DNA from: Paraspadella gotoi
Taxonomy: Eukaryota > Animalia > Chaetognatha
Direction of reading: 5' to 3'
Assembly: GCA_051294375.1 (NCBI GenBank)
Contig: CM119269.1
Span: 11,700,883-11,764,882 of the forward strand
Length of the DNA stretch: 64,000 nucleotides
In this document: positions 12,885-27,249 of the stretch, in pieces
Position numbering within the stretch: position 1 is the first letter of the stretch
Layout: every line of letters starts with the position of its first letter
The notes under the pieces: generated by a model
The model's input: only the letters and a program-made list of their open reading frames with translations
Told to the model about the DNA's origin: nothing
Databases searched by the model: none
Position numbers and translations under genes: made by a program

Positions 12885-15800
12885 TCTCTCTCTCTCTCTC
12901 TCTCAACCTGAATGTTAGGCAGGAGCAGGACAAGGAGCTTCTTCTTATCAAAGACGCCTTCTTCAAGTAGAGCGAGCGCCCTGACGGCGCGCTCGGCCGT
13001 CTCGTAGGTAATGACGACGGCGCCGTATTCGTAATAGATCATTGCGATCGAAGACCATTTGTTTTCTGAAAAGAGAGAGGGAAAGGGGGAGAAGAGAAGA
13101 AAAGAAAAGAGAGAGGGAAAGGGGGAGAAGGAAAATGAGAAAAGGGAAAAGAGAAGAAGAGAAAAGAGAGAGGGAAGGGGAAGGAAGGAAAATGGGAAAA
13201 GGGAAAAGAGAAGAAGAGAAAAGAAAGAGGGAAGGTGGGGGAAGGAAAATGGGAAAAGGGAAAAGGGAAGAAGAGAAAAGAGAGAGGGAAAGGGGGAGAA
13301 GGAAAAAGAGAAAAGGGAAAAGAGAANNNNNNNNNNNNNNNNNNNNNNNNNGTCATTTTCTTGAAAAAAATTTAATTATTTTAAATAATTCACTTTGACA
13401 ACTCTTAATTGAACCAAGGGCTGGGCACTTTACCTTTTTAGAGCTTTCGAAAGTTATCAATCTCTTCAATATTTTTAAGGGCTTTCTGCAGGATATTAAT
13501 ATTGTTTAATCATTTAATAAATACTTGTTAAAAAATGTGCTAAAAGGTTTAAAAAAATTGAATTTAAAAACGTGGAGTTGTAAAATTGAAGCCGATTTGA
13601 AAAAGCCAAACTTTCTCCCACTCATTGTCAAGGCATATCTGTTAACTGATAAATATAAAATTTTAACACATAAATAGTTTTAGTATTTTCTACTCAAACT
13701 AATTTTTAAAATTATTGAATACCACTGTTACACTTGCAAATGAAGCATATTTCTACCAGCGCTTGTAAAATTGTCACCATGTTGTTAAGAATTATTCTAA
13801 CGCAACTTTTTTTGTCCCGAAAATTGTAAATAATTGTTTTAACTTTCCAAAAACTTTAGGAAATTTTACAGATGAATTATCCACAAAACTGTTCCAAGAA
13901 ACATCAATAAACAGTCAAGAACTACCAGAAATATTCTGAAATTGTCATTCACTGTCTTATCACTGCGTATTATCACACGCGTAGTCATCCAGCGTATTCA
14001 TTCAACTGACCTTGCTGCTGAACTTTCTGGGGATTCTCTTCCTCGGCGTGAATGAAAAATCCAAACACAAAGTCAGCGGTCCGATCCCAGATGCCTACGT
14101 AATTGTTCATCACGAAAATCTGAAATGTTTAATGTTAAATACATTAATAAGCAATAAAGCATTATTAAGAAGTGATGATAGTGCAATTCGTGTAGAGAAT
14201 TAATTTGTGAATTATCTTGAGAAATGAGATTGAGTTCCTCAATCTCACATTGAGTCGAGTCTTCCTTCATCACGAGTCAGCTGATGGTCACCTCTCTCTC
14301 TCTCTCTCCTTCTCCACTCACATGAGTCGAGTCTCTCCTTTTCATTCGACAGAGTCAGCGATGGTACCTCTCTCTTCTCTCTCTCCACTCACAATGAGTT
14401 CGAGTCTCCCTTTTCATTCGATGCAGTCACGATGGTTCACCTCTCTCTCTCTCTCTCCCTCTCACTCACATGATTCGAGTCCCTCCTTTCATTTGACGAG
14501 TCGCAATGGTCACTCTTTCTCTCTCTCTCTCTCACTCACAGAGGCTCTTCTTCAAATCACGATGCACTTTGCTTCTTCCCTCCGAGAGTCCTCCTTTTCA
14601 TTCGACAAGAGTCAGCGATGGTATCACTCCTCTTCTCTCTCTCTCCACTCAGATGAGTCGAGTCCTCCTTTTCATTCGACTAATCAGTGATGTCACCTCT
14701 CTCTGTCCTTCTCTCTCTCACAGTCGATCTTCATTCGAGTCCCGAGTCCCATCCTCTCTTCCTTCCAGCTATAGTCGAGTCCTCCTTTTCCATCACGAGT
14801 CAGCTGTAGTACCCTCTCTGCACTCACATGGTGAGTCTTTTCTTCGACGCAGATTCACCTCTCTCTCTCCTCTTCCACTACAGAGCGACCCTTTTCTCGA
14901 GTCCGTGAAGTACCCTCTCCTATCACTGCCTCCTTTTCATTCGACGAGTCAGTGATCGTCCGCCGCTCCATTTTCGCGGTCGTTTCTTTTCTTTCTTCGT
15001 CGTCGTTGAAAAACGACGTGGCCATCGATCCAGTTTGATTCTTTCAGCCGTCCAAAACGTCCCTGAAACATGATGGGGAGAGAGACAAAAGCCGTTTAAT
15101 GCATATTGCTGTAAATCATCTCTTGAATTTAAGGAAAAACATTTTTAATGTAGCGAAAAAAATACAACGAATCATTGTATGTTTTCACACTAAATTCAGA
15201 TAAATTACTAAAGACTAAATGAAGGCGAATTGAGATTTAAGTCGTCATCAAAAGACGGACAGTTTTCGTGCACCATTGACAGTTGTTTTCTGCCCACATG
15301 CGACGCCAATTTTAAGATGCTATGTATTGACTGTATCATGAGGCAATATTAGCGACCTAATTCATCAATTCATTCATTCTTAGAACCCCACTTGGACGCC
15401 GACTTGAACGTCTCTTTGACATCATTTTAGACGCTATAATTGACCAATATCATTGAGGCAATATTAGACCTCTTTTTCACGAATATAATTCATTCCAACA
15501 GCCCATTTTATATTTATCTGAAACATGGACATTAGAACATTATGACATTTATGTGTGCATGCCGTATTTTAATCCAATTGTGGACGCCATCTTGGACGCC
15601 GACTTTGGACGCCATCTTGGTCGCCGTATTGGACGATCCAGTCTTTCATATGGCATACTATCAGTAGACGCCATCTTTTGACGCTAATCCCTGAGGCCAT
15701 TATACGAGGCCATCTTTAATGTTCATCTTGACCGCTTTCGCTCGAGGCCATCTAGATGCCATCCGTTCGCAACACATTCCCCCCAAACCTGGAGAATCAG

Positions 15801-18800
15801 TCAATGGCGTCTCGGCTCATTGTAATCCTGGTCACCACAGCCCAGACGCGCGCCAAATCGTTCCGGATTCCGAGAGGAGGACGGCGATGCGGTGATGCGA
15901 CAAACTGGCGTTCCTTCATTTTAAAAATAAGGGATGGAATGTATTGTCGAGAGTAATTCAGATATTTAGGATAGTTGATAGTTAGTTAGTTAATTAGAAG
16001 AGTAAAAAATAGACTCTCTTTAACATTCAAATCGTAAAAATATTTCATATTGCTTTTTAGATAATTTTCATAATACATAATTTGTCAGTAGGAGCGCTAG
16101 TGAAAAGTTACATACGAAAAATTCTAAGAGAACAACATACCCTCAGTGAACATTAATTTGTAAAAAAAATGTAATTTTATGTTTTCAATATCGCAGTAGG
16201 CTATTATTAGATATATAGTATATCCTTATAAAATCGAAAAAATTCAAATAGGCTTTTCTTTAATTTTGACTTCCTCGTCAAAAGTTAATAAAGAAAATAT
16301 GAATCATTTTTAAAAAATTATTTAAATTAAATGCCGTGGTTAAAAATGATAAAACTATATTTAATATTACTATGGCCAACGGGAGGATAGCCTGTGCATA
16401 CCCGGGGCGCGGGTATCTCACCAACTGGCATAGGGCTGCGGAACCCTCAGTGACCGGCCTCCTGTCCACTGGCCATTGTTTATACCGGCACGTCACATTT
16501 AAGCCAGAACCGGGATAACCAGGATTGAACCCGGGCGCACGGATGGAATGAGATGCATTTAGCCTGCTCAGCCATTAAGACGAGGGCTGAAGGAAGACAG
16601 CAGTGAGGCAGCTTTAAGTCTTGCTGCCACAGAAATCCCCCCACCAGGACTTCTCCACAGCGGGCCTCAATCCTGAAGAGAATGTCTGAGAGAAGTTTTG
16701 ATCTCATTGCCATAGTGAGAGCGAGCGGAGCGAGCGAGCGATCGAGTCTGGAGCGTTACCAGAGAAGTTAGGGCATAGGCGCTGATATGCATACCCTAAG
16801 CGATGTAAGCGTGGCGCGCATGGTGCGCAGCTGTGCGTGTTCGGATCAGTAGTGGCTCCACCACTTATGGGCAACAGGAGGATAGCCTGTGATACCCGGG
16901 GCGCGGGGGTATCTCACCAACTGCGTAGGGGCTGCGGACCCTCAGTGACGCCCCTGTCACTTGGCATGTTTATACCGGCACCGTCACATTTAAGCCTAGA
17001 ACCGGGATACCCAGGCGATTGACCGCGGGACGCCACGGATGGAATGAGATGATTTAGCCTTGCTCAGCATTGAGACGAGGCTGAGGCGGACAAGCAGTGC
17101 AGGCAGCTCTTAAGTCCTTTGCTGCCACAGGATCCCCCCCACCGACTTCTCCACAGGGGCCTCAATCCTGAGGAGATGTCTGCAGAGGAAGGTTTTGATC
17201 TCATTGCCATAGTTTGAAGCGAGCGGCGCGAGCAATATGCGAGCGAGTCTGGAGCGTTAACCAGAGAAGATAGGGGCATAGGCTGTGATATGCAATACCC
17301 TTAAGCGACGTAACAGTGGGCGCAACGGTGCGCAGCGGTTTGCGTGTTCGAGAGGTAGCTTGCTCACCACTTATGGCAACGCGAGGATAGCCTGCTGATA
17401 CCCGGGTGCGCGGGGTATCTCACCAACTGGCGTAGGCTGCGGACCCCTCAGTGACCGCCTCCTGTTCACTGCACGGTTTATACCGGCACCGTCACATTTA
17501 AGCTAGAACCGGGATACCCAGGGACTTGAACCCGGACGCACGGATGGAATGAGATGATTTTAGCCCTGCATCAGCCATTGAGACGAGGCTGAGGACGGAC
17601 AGCAGTGAGGCAGCTTTAAGTCTGCTGCCACAATTACAAAAAGTTTAATTTCAGATAAAATATAGATTTTTTAAAAATTTGATCAACTTTATGAAAGATT
17701 TTTAAAAAAAAGAGTTATATTTCATTATATCAACTTTTCATGACGAATCAAAATAATGCAAAAAAATCTTACAAAAAACTATTTTGAAACTTTTAACATT
17801 TATTGGATTAGTACTAGTATTAAAATATGGCCCCTAACTGCGTAAATTGTAAAATTATCAACGAATTTTTTTATACAGAAATGTTCATTAGTTATAATGT
17901 GTCCGTTCCTCACTTTTAGAATTTTAATTAAAGTTAAATTTGGGAATTTTTTACGACGCTTTATTGGTCAGCCCTTGATACTATGCGTAAGTAAAATGCG
18001 TAGAAACTGGCATTTAGTACATTTGTAACTAAAAAGGTATATAAAAAGCCAAATTTTAATTAGTACCGGTATTCATTTTATTAAAGTATAAAGTAAGAGA
18101 ACTGACTGTCGAATTTTGCAAATACATTTGCTTTCGCGTCAAGCTTGCTCACTTACACGAAAAATGAAATGTTAACAGTATTGTATAAATTAGTATAAAA
18201 TTGAAGAAATTGAATATTACCTTTTAAAATAAAATTCCTTTACCGTTCCAACGTTGTCTAAACAAGCGAGACCCACCCTACAGTTCCAATCGCCGCACAA
18301 CGAGAATTTGAAACATCGTCCATTTTCCGAAAAACGTAGAGACTATGAAAAAAGAGAAGCGCTGGTTTAATTAACTACGTACATAATATCATCTAAAATT
18401 TATAATTTTTACACTACTTTATTAAGTTTATAAATTTTGTTTAGATTGAAGTGTTATCTGTAACACTGTGAGAATGAGTTGCAACGAGACCTCTTACAAT
18501 AATCTTCCTCGGTCCTCTTACTTTGTCTTACTATGAGGTCTGGGTAACACGACAGCTAAATAATCATGCTAACAAAAAATTTTAAATAACAAATAAGTAG
18601 CTGTCAAAATATTATGTGAAAGATTGGTTAATAAATTGGAATTATAGATTTATTGATAAGTTGCATAGATTTTATTTCATTCATTTATTTATTCTTCAAT
18701 TATTATATCTAATTACTTTAATGACTCGATCAATCCGATCGGTGATTGATTCAATTTTGATGGTGAACATGGAAAACGAGTGATTGTTTTATCTTCTCAA

Positions 18801-20631
18801 ACTAATTTTTGGATTCATTTATTCATTTAATCTATTTATTCCATTTGTTTTTATATGATCTATTTAATTACATCCCAACCGACCCGGGAGAGAGACCTCC
18901 ATTCTCCCAAGTAAAAAACTTGGGAGGATTGAGGAAGTTTTCGAAAAAAGTCGCGATGAGATTCTGACCCTGACAACCGCCGCTCTCACGTTGCAAAAAC
19001 GAGCAAGGGTAAGTTTATCCGGTGGAACCATGTGAGGCTTCGATGCAGAAAAGTGTTTTGGGGGAGAGTGAGTAAGTTGCAGCAGAGGAGAGGATTGTCG
19101 AAAAAAAATCAGCGATTTAAGTTTTTAGTCGGATCCTGCTTAATCAGCAGATCCGGATCTATAACTCATTTATAACTCTACTTCTTTCGGTCCGTCGGTC
19201 CCCCCTCAATATTGTCCGGGCACACACTTATATCATGTCAGAAACATCGAATTTGATAAATTATGCAAAAAAAATGATTGCTTCCGTCCGTCCGTCTGTC
19301 CTCCGTCCGTCCGTGCCGTCCCTCCGTCCACCTTAAGCAAAAAACACCAATTCACTCGTGATTGGATGGATAGGATTTAAATCGAAATTTTGTGTGTGGA
19401 TAGGTAAGTTGTGATTGAGCTGGATTATGAAGTTTCGATGGAATCGGTCCGAGTGCAAATGAGTTTAAATGGAAAAAAACAAAAAAAAATATATTCACAT
19501 TTCCTGAAACACCAACTTGCTCATGATGGATGGGCTTGATGACCTGGAATTTTGTATGTGGGGTAGGAAAGTGTGTGAATTGAAACAGGAAATCAAGTTC
19601 TCGATGGAATAGTTTGAGTTGGAAATGCAGTTTAAATGGAAAAAACAAAAAAACCTGTTTTTACTAATTGATTATGCTTCTTTTTCCTTTATTATTAAAT
19701 GTATTGAGGATGTATTAATAAATTCAAATAATTAATCAGTTAAATTAATCAATCTAGTAAATAATTAATCAATAATTAATTGAATTAGTGTCAATCAATC
19801 CGTCCATGCGATGATGCTCCCATCTTAGCAAAAAGCTCCAATAACTCGTGATTGGCTGGTTGGATTGGAATTAAATTTTGTGTGTGGGAGAGGGAAAGTG
19901 GTTGATAAGCCTGGATTTAAAAATTTTCGATGTGAATCGTTGTGAGGTTTGAAAAAATTAGTTAAAATGGAAAAAAACATCAAGTCGAATTTACTAAAAT
20001 CTTTTACTTATTTTAACCAATAAATACTCCAATTAATCATAATTGGATGGAATACAGATTAAGTTGAAACTTTTCGTGTGTGGGTAGGAAAACGTATGAC
20101 GAAGCTTTGATAATAAGTTTCAGGCGAAACGTACCAGTGGAAATGAGTTAAATCGAAAAAAATACTGAGTCACATTTACTTGGACATCTTTTTATTTCAT
20201 TTTTAACCCATCGAAGATTGACGATGAATGTTGCTGAGCCGGCGTAGGACGTGAGTGAAGAAGCCTAGATACTAAAAACAAAATCTAGACAGGACGGCTT
20301 TGCCGGCCTGGCTCGATAATAGAGGATACTTATGTTTGTTTTGATAAATGTAAAACAAAACATTTAATTAACTGTCCTGGACTCAATTTTAAGGGACATC
20401 GATGATGACAAGCTTCGAACTCATAAATTATAATTAATCTATTAATTAATTAATTAATAATCTTATTAATTAATTAATTATCTATCATTAATTAATTAAT
20501 TTAATCAATTAATTAATTAATTTATCGAGGCAGATCCGACATTGTTTGCTCAAACTTGTTTACTGACTTATTCCTCCTTGATCTTTTGGCACCAAAAATC
20601 AATATTTTTAGGGATTTACGAAGGAAACCTA

Positions 20632-20701
<70 letters not shown>

Positions 20702-23700
20702 CCTGCTCTCTCTCTCCAAACCCTGAATGTTAGGCAGGAGCAGGACAAGAGCTTCTTCTTATCAAAAGACGCCTTCTTCAAGTAGGCGAGCGCCCTGCAC
20801 GGCGCTCCTCGGACGTCTCGTAGGTATGACGACGGCGCCGCTATTCGTAATAGATCTTGCGATCGAGAGACCATTGTTTTCTGAAAGAGAGAGGGAAAGG
20901 GGGAAGAAAGAGAAGAATAAGAAAAGAGCAGAGGGAAAGGGGGAGAAGGAAAATGAGAAAAGGGAAAAGGAAAGAAGAGAAAAGAGAGAGGGAAGGAGGA
21001 AGGAAAATGGGAAAAGGGAAAAAAAAGAAAGCAGGAAAAGAAAAGGGAAGGTGGGAGAGAAGGAAAATGGAAAAGGGAAAAGGGAAGAAGAGAAAGAGAG
21101 AGGGAAAAGGGGGAGAAGGAAAAAGAGAGGAAAAGGGGGAAAGGAGAAGGAGAAGAAAAAGAAAAGGGAAGGGGAAGAAGGGGAAATGGAAAAAGGGAAA
21201 AGAGAAGAAAGGAAAAGAAAGAGGGAAGGGGGAGAAGGAAAATGAATAGGAAAAGAGAAGAAGAGAAAAGAGAGAGGGAAGAGGGGGAGAAGGAAAATGG
21301 GAAAGGGAAAAGGGAGAAGAGAAAAGAGAGAGGGAAAGGGGGAGAAGGAAAAAGAGAAAAGGGAGGAAAAGAGAAAGAGAGAAAAAGAGAGAGGGAAGGG
21401 GAGAAGAAAAATGAGAAAAGGAAAAGAGAAGAAGAGAAAGAGAGAAGGGAAGGGGGGAAATAAAGATGGGAAGAAGGGAAAAGACAGGAAAAGAAAGAGA
21501 GAGGAAGGGGAAAAGAAAAATTGAAAGGGAAGAGAAGAAGAGAAAAGAATGGGAAGGAGAAGAAGGAAATGGGAAAAGGAAAAGAGAAGAAGAGAAAAGA
21601 GAGATGGAAGGGGCAAGAAGGGGGGAAATGGGAAAAGGGAAGAAAAAGAAGAGAAAGAGAGAGGGAAGGGGTGAGAAGAAAAATGAGAAAAGGGAAAAGC
21701 GAAGAAGAGAAAAGAGAGAGGGAAGGGGGGAGAAGGAAATGAGAAAAAGGGAAAAGCAGAAGAAGAGAAAAGAGAGAGGGAAGGCAGGGAGAAGGAAAAT
21801 GAGAAAAGGGCAAAAGAGAGAAAGAGAAAAGAGAGAGGAGAAGGGGGGAGATAGGAAATGGGAAAGGAAAGAGAATAAGAGAAAAGAAAGAGGAAGGGGG
21901 GGAGAAGGAAAATAGGAAAAGGGAAAAGAGAGGAAGAGAAAAGAAAGAGGGAAGGGGGAGAAGGAAAATTGGAAAAGGGAAAAGAGAAGAAGAGAAAAGA
22001 GAGAAGGGAAGGGGGAATAGGAAAATGGGAAAAAAGAAAATTGAAGAAGAGAAAAGAGAAATGGTTAAAAAAAAGAAAAATGATGAGAGGAAAAGTAAAA
22101 CGAGGCAAAGGGGAAAAGAGGCGAAAAAGGAAATGGAGAAAAGGAGAAAAGGAGAAAAGGGGAAATGGGGAAATTGGGAAAAGAGGAGAAAAAGGAAATG
22201 GAGAAAGGAAGAAAAGGGAAATGGAATAAAGGTAAAAGGAGAAAATGTATAAAAGGGAACAGGGAAATAAAAGAAATGGATAAATGGGAAAAATGGAAAA
22301 GATTAACAGGGAGAAAAGAGAAAATGTAAAAAAGGGGGCGTTCTCAAAGGTTAGTGAAATAATTGTTACGCAAGAGAGAAAAGTTGGTGAACTTTAAACC
22401 AGCGTCGCCCTTTTTTTGATTATTGGTCGTCAAGATTTAATCGTTGACGATCAAAACCGAAGTTCATTTTTAATAAAAATTGAGTTACGTCACCTTCTGC
22501 TACCAGGGTGGCATCCAGAGAGTCAAGGTCATTTTTAATAAAAATGGAGTTACGTCACCCTCTGCTACCAGGGTGGCATCCAGAGAGTCAAGGTCATTTT
22601 TAATTATAAATTAAGAATGGATTTATTCATTATTCCCAGAATACCATTATTAGCCTTGTCGTTAAGACTGAGATCATTTTAGTTTTAAATTTTCGATGAC
22701 AATAAAAGCAATAAAAATAATAGTTACAAATTGCATTATTCAGCGTTTTGCTTTAACAACTTGGGTAATAAAGAAACATTTTTTAATCGAATGTTATTTA
22801 TTTCTCGTTGATCAATTTGCTGATAAATAGAAACAGACAGACAGATCAATCGAAAATTTATTTATTGAGTAACGAATATTTATTAAAATATCTTATTCAA
22901 TCTTGACGTTGAACTTTTAAGTATCGCTTGCGTGAGAAGATTGAAGAACAGAAAATATTTTGAGAGCTACTTAATATCAGACAATGATAAATCATATTAT
23001 GTTACATAAAACAACCATTATAAAAATTCTTCATTCATTTAATGAATAAGCCATCTTGCCATATAATAATAATAATTTATGTATATGTATAGTAGGGTGG
23101 AATGATGAAAAGATTGAGCGATGGAACAATGTTTTTTTGCTGCCTTTGTATATGTAATAAAAAAAAACTAAGCCCTTTTTTAAAAAAAATTTCATAACAG
23201 TATCATTAATTACATTTTTTTTATAGTAATATCCTTATAAAATCATAAATTTTAAAATTGAAGAGACAGTAATTATTGATATGTGTTAATGACAGAACCG
23301 TTCAATATAAGCAGTCCCTGAGCTTCGGATTAGGCTGTAACACCGAGATACAGGCGGGTTAAGCGCCCCGTCCCTCTTAACTGCTAGGCGGCCACCGGGC
23401 TTTGGGTTGGGAGGCGAATGACTTGCCTCCGGCACCAATGGCCGCTGATGAACGGTTGGTGGAATTTAGTCCACCATAAAATCATATTTTTTTTAATTTT
23501 AAGAACAGTTTCGGATTCGCCGGAAAAAACTGAAAAACTTTTGTGAAATACATTATATTTTTAGGTTAAAGCTGCGAAAAATTACCAAAACGTTTCATCA
23601 TATAATAGTGTTTACTACATATCATAAAAAAGTGAAGAATTTGACCTTTTTTCCATTTTTGACGCTGAAGTCATTGAAATTTTTAATAACATATTTTATA

Positions 23701-26700
23701 TTTTTGATCTAACGTTTAATGAAGAATCAGAATCTTTAATAATTTTTTTTTTTAATTATTTAAAAAATTTATGATTTTATAAGGATATTAATATAAATAT
23801 ATTGTAATTAATGATACTGTTCCCCCAACAATATATGCAAAATATTTTTTGTACTCCTTAATCATACCATCTCATATCTAAATATCCTTGTTTGTTCACT
23901 CAAATAAAATTTATGTTCCCCATTTATGCTCCACTCTAAAGTCTAATGTATTAGTATACAGTAATCGAATGCCCTAAAGTTTAAATATAAAATCATCATT
24001 AATAAAAATAAACTAATTAAATAGTTAAGTTAGTAGGTAAGTATTAAATAGTAATACATATTTTTTTAGCTAATAGTAAGTAAGGACACTGAGTATCAAA
24101 ATCCTTAAAAGTTACCTATTTTAGATTAAATTTCATTAAATAAAATTAGATTATTTCATCAAAATATGTGCGTAATGCTTAAAATTAAAACGAATTAAAA
24201 ATCGAATAAACTTTCTCGGTTAAGTGAGACTTAAAACGAGTTTTGAAGGTCCTGATATGAACCCAATCAATTTTGTCGATCTTGCTAAAAGATTTTATCG
24301 GCCCGTGTAAACTTAATACGTAATAAAAAAATATTGATAAAGAAAAAACTTAATCTCTTCCATTTGAAAAAAAAGACAGTGAGAGGACAGATTCGAGTGA
24401 GTCAATCAAATTCCCAACTATAAAAGAAGAAAAATATCGAAAGATCACGCGCACTCGAAACACAAAAACCTTCCACCATCTTTTTTCTCACAATTTCACA
24501 GAAAATTTTTTCAAATTGAAAAAAAATCAAATCAAGCATCATGAGCAGCAAAGACGGGCATTTCTATCACAACAATCTTCCCTTCGTCGTGAGAAACGAA
24601 GGTTCTATCTACGACATGGAATGGCTTCCGATGCCACCGCAAGAAGGGTTTCCTCTGCCGATCAACACTTACGACGATGTCGATGAACCAAGGTAAGTTC
24701 AACAACTTTGTGATCATTTGGAAAAAACCTTCACACGAGTGTAAATCTTGGGATTGGCACACCAAATACTCTCCCTGTACTATTTATTTTGCCTTTACTT
24801 ACGCTCATTTTCCTTAATCTAATTTGCATATTGTAGTAGTTTCGATTATTTTTCACATCTTTTGATTTGGTTTTCTGACAAGTTTTATTTTATTATTTTA
24901 CATATATTTTTAATAAGGTTAAATGATATTTTAGTTTTCCAAATAATATTTACATATTTCGTTGTAGTATTGTGGCTATACAAAAGGAAGTATTTTATCA
25001 ACCCCAATGCAGATACGATCCCGACATTCACCTTCGTCTCTCGGATCCCGAGTTCGTGGTCAGGTTAGACAACTGGAAGAAGGTCAAGTCAATTCCTCCT
25101 GTGAAGGATGACAATTCGGGGACGACAGGTGAGTGGGGAGGGGTGGGGTGGGGTGGGGTGCGTTCGGGTTGGGTTGTGTGGGGTTTGGTGATTGACAGAG
25201 TGAGAGTGTTGGTAAGAGTTGGTAAGTGAGTTGCTGAATGAGTGAGTCGGTGATTTTAGTGTCCTTATAGATTTAGTTGAAGAAGTGAGTGAGTAAATTA
25301 GTTAGGGGTGAGTGAATTAGTTAGTGGTGAATGAATTAGCGTACGATTGATGTAGTAAGTTAATGTGTCAGTTAATTACATAGCGAGTCACGTGGAAATA
25401 AAAACGAAAAAACGATTTTGTTGCGTTCACAGCTTTGAATCTTTCTCTTCCCCAGATTCCAAACTGGGATTCACGGCTCCATTCGGATTGGTCTCCGAAG
25501 AGGGAGTCAAAGTGATGCTTAAAATTCTGAGACGGGAACTGGACCTCGGAAGAGAATGCACTATGACCAGAGGGAACAAACGCGCCATCAGGTGAGTAAA
25601 TCGATCAATCAATCAATTATTCTATCAATCTTTCAATCAGTCAATTAAAAGAATAACTTAAACGATTGGTTGGCCATTAATCAAGTAAATCTCCGAATTT
25701 TTCTTTTTTTTAAATAAATCCTCAGAGGGTTTTGGTACACGTCTCCCTTCATGAGAGATATGATGTCCTGCCCAAAACATTTGGCTCATTTGGAGAAGTT
25801 GACCGGAGAATCAATGGCGCCCTACTTTTCGTACTCGAACACCCCTCAGGTATTATTTTTTTATTTTCCCTATTTAATTTGTTAAAAGGGAGAGAAGAAC
25901 AATTATAGATTTTACGTCGCATTGACTAATCAATTGCGTTAAAACTGGCCGTGAATGACTCTGCTTCAGCATCACAGGTTGATGATGATGATTATGATAA
26001 TGATAGCTATGATGATTATGCAATAATCAATCAAAAAGACATGGCGTTGTCATAGTTACATTTTAGGTTTATGACAATCGAGTTCATAGCGAGCAGTTCG
26101 GATCACGGTTTCTATTGCAACCCCTGTTGTGAACACACTCTCAAAAATCTTCACAGATCAACGTGAGCAAAAGGGGAAACTCCAAGACGATCGATCACTG
26201 GCATTACGACGGCGTCAAGTACGTCAGCGTCGTCATGTTGAGCGACATGACAAACGTGACTGGCGGTGCGTTGGAGGTGTTGAAGCGAGACAAATTCGAG
26301 GGTCTTCATCATCTTAACAAGTAAGCGAATTGTGAAGACACGCTCGAGGGATTCCCCTTTTATTAAAACGTCCACCCTGCCCCCTTAGTATTTCCTCGAT
26401 AGCCATTTCGGCACTATTTTCCGAAAGCTTCTCTTTTCTTAATTTCTTAACTTAATCTTAAATTTAATAATTTCCCCTAATTCTTTCCCAAATGTTTATT
26501 TTAATCTCAAACCCTAATTCAAAACACTAACCCGATCCCTACCTTTATCACCCATTTAAACCGAATTCGGAGTTTTACCAGAAACGTGGTGCTTTCGAAA
26601 AATAAGGTCGAAATTTTACAGATTTATCGCACAGTAAAGGTCTTTGTCGGTGACCATAGCTCCCTATTTACCCCCCATTTTAAAAAAAACCACCCCTGGA

Positions 26701-27194
26701 TTCCCCCCGATAGAACAGCTCCCCCTCCCCCCCGTTTATAAGGATATTTTCCCGTCAGAAAAATATTGTGAGATGTTTCCATCTTTTGCAGTCCTGGTCG
26801 GGTTGTCGCTCGCGCTGTGTTTCGGTGGTTCCGTCGTCGGGGTTCAATTTGAGGGACCGAAGGAGATTTGGTTTTAAAGTTTAAAGTCACAAGTCGGCTT
26901 TTGCTCCCGGGTCCCTTGGTTGACGGCCGGCGCCCCCTTAGATTAAAATGAAATCTCACAACGGGTTTCCGCCGCAAGAAAATAGCTGGTCCCGATTGCC
27001 TTTTGTGAACGGCGGTGTAGAAAGGAGGGTAGATGAAGCAGAGGGCGGGGGATATATTGACGGGTTTGCGTGGAAAGGACAATGGGATGTTTGACTTTTG
27101 AGTTTATGAAATAAGAAAACAAGAAAAAAAAAGTTATTCAGGCAAAAACAAAACTATTATGGATTGAAGTAAATAATAGAGGAGAGGGGGAGAC

Positions 27195-27249
<55 letters not shown>

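Larger units (their letters stand above)
13352..21150. other. Second, indel-rich copy of segment 8187-13326 (haplotype or read overlap across a gap)
   Basis: Colinear sequence with scattered 1-bp indels, starting right after the N gap. Confidence 0.85.

Noticed and set aside
20629-22252. Long ORFs (394 and 448 aa) and similar ER/LS-rich ORFs elsewhere
   Set aside because: Low-complexity translations of purine arrays and (GA)n microsatellites.
22463-22602. ~60-bp direct duplication
   Set aside because: Simple local tandem duplication with no further structure.
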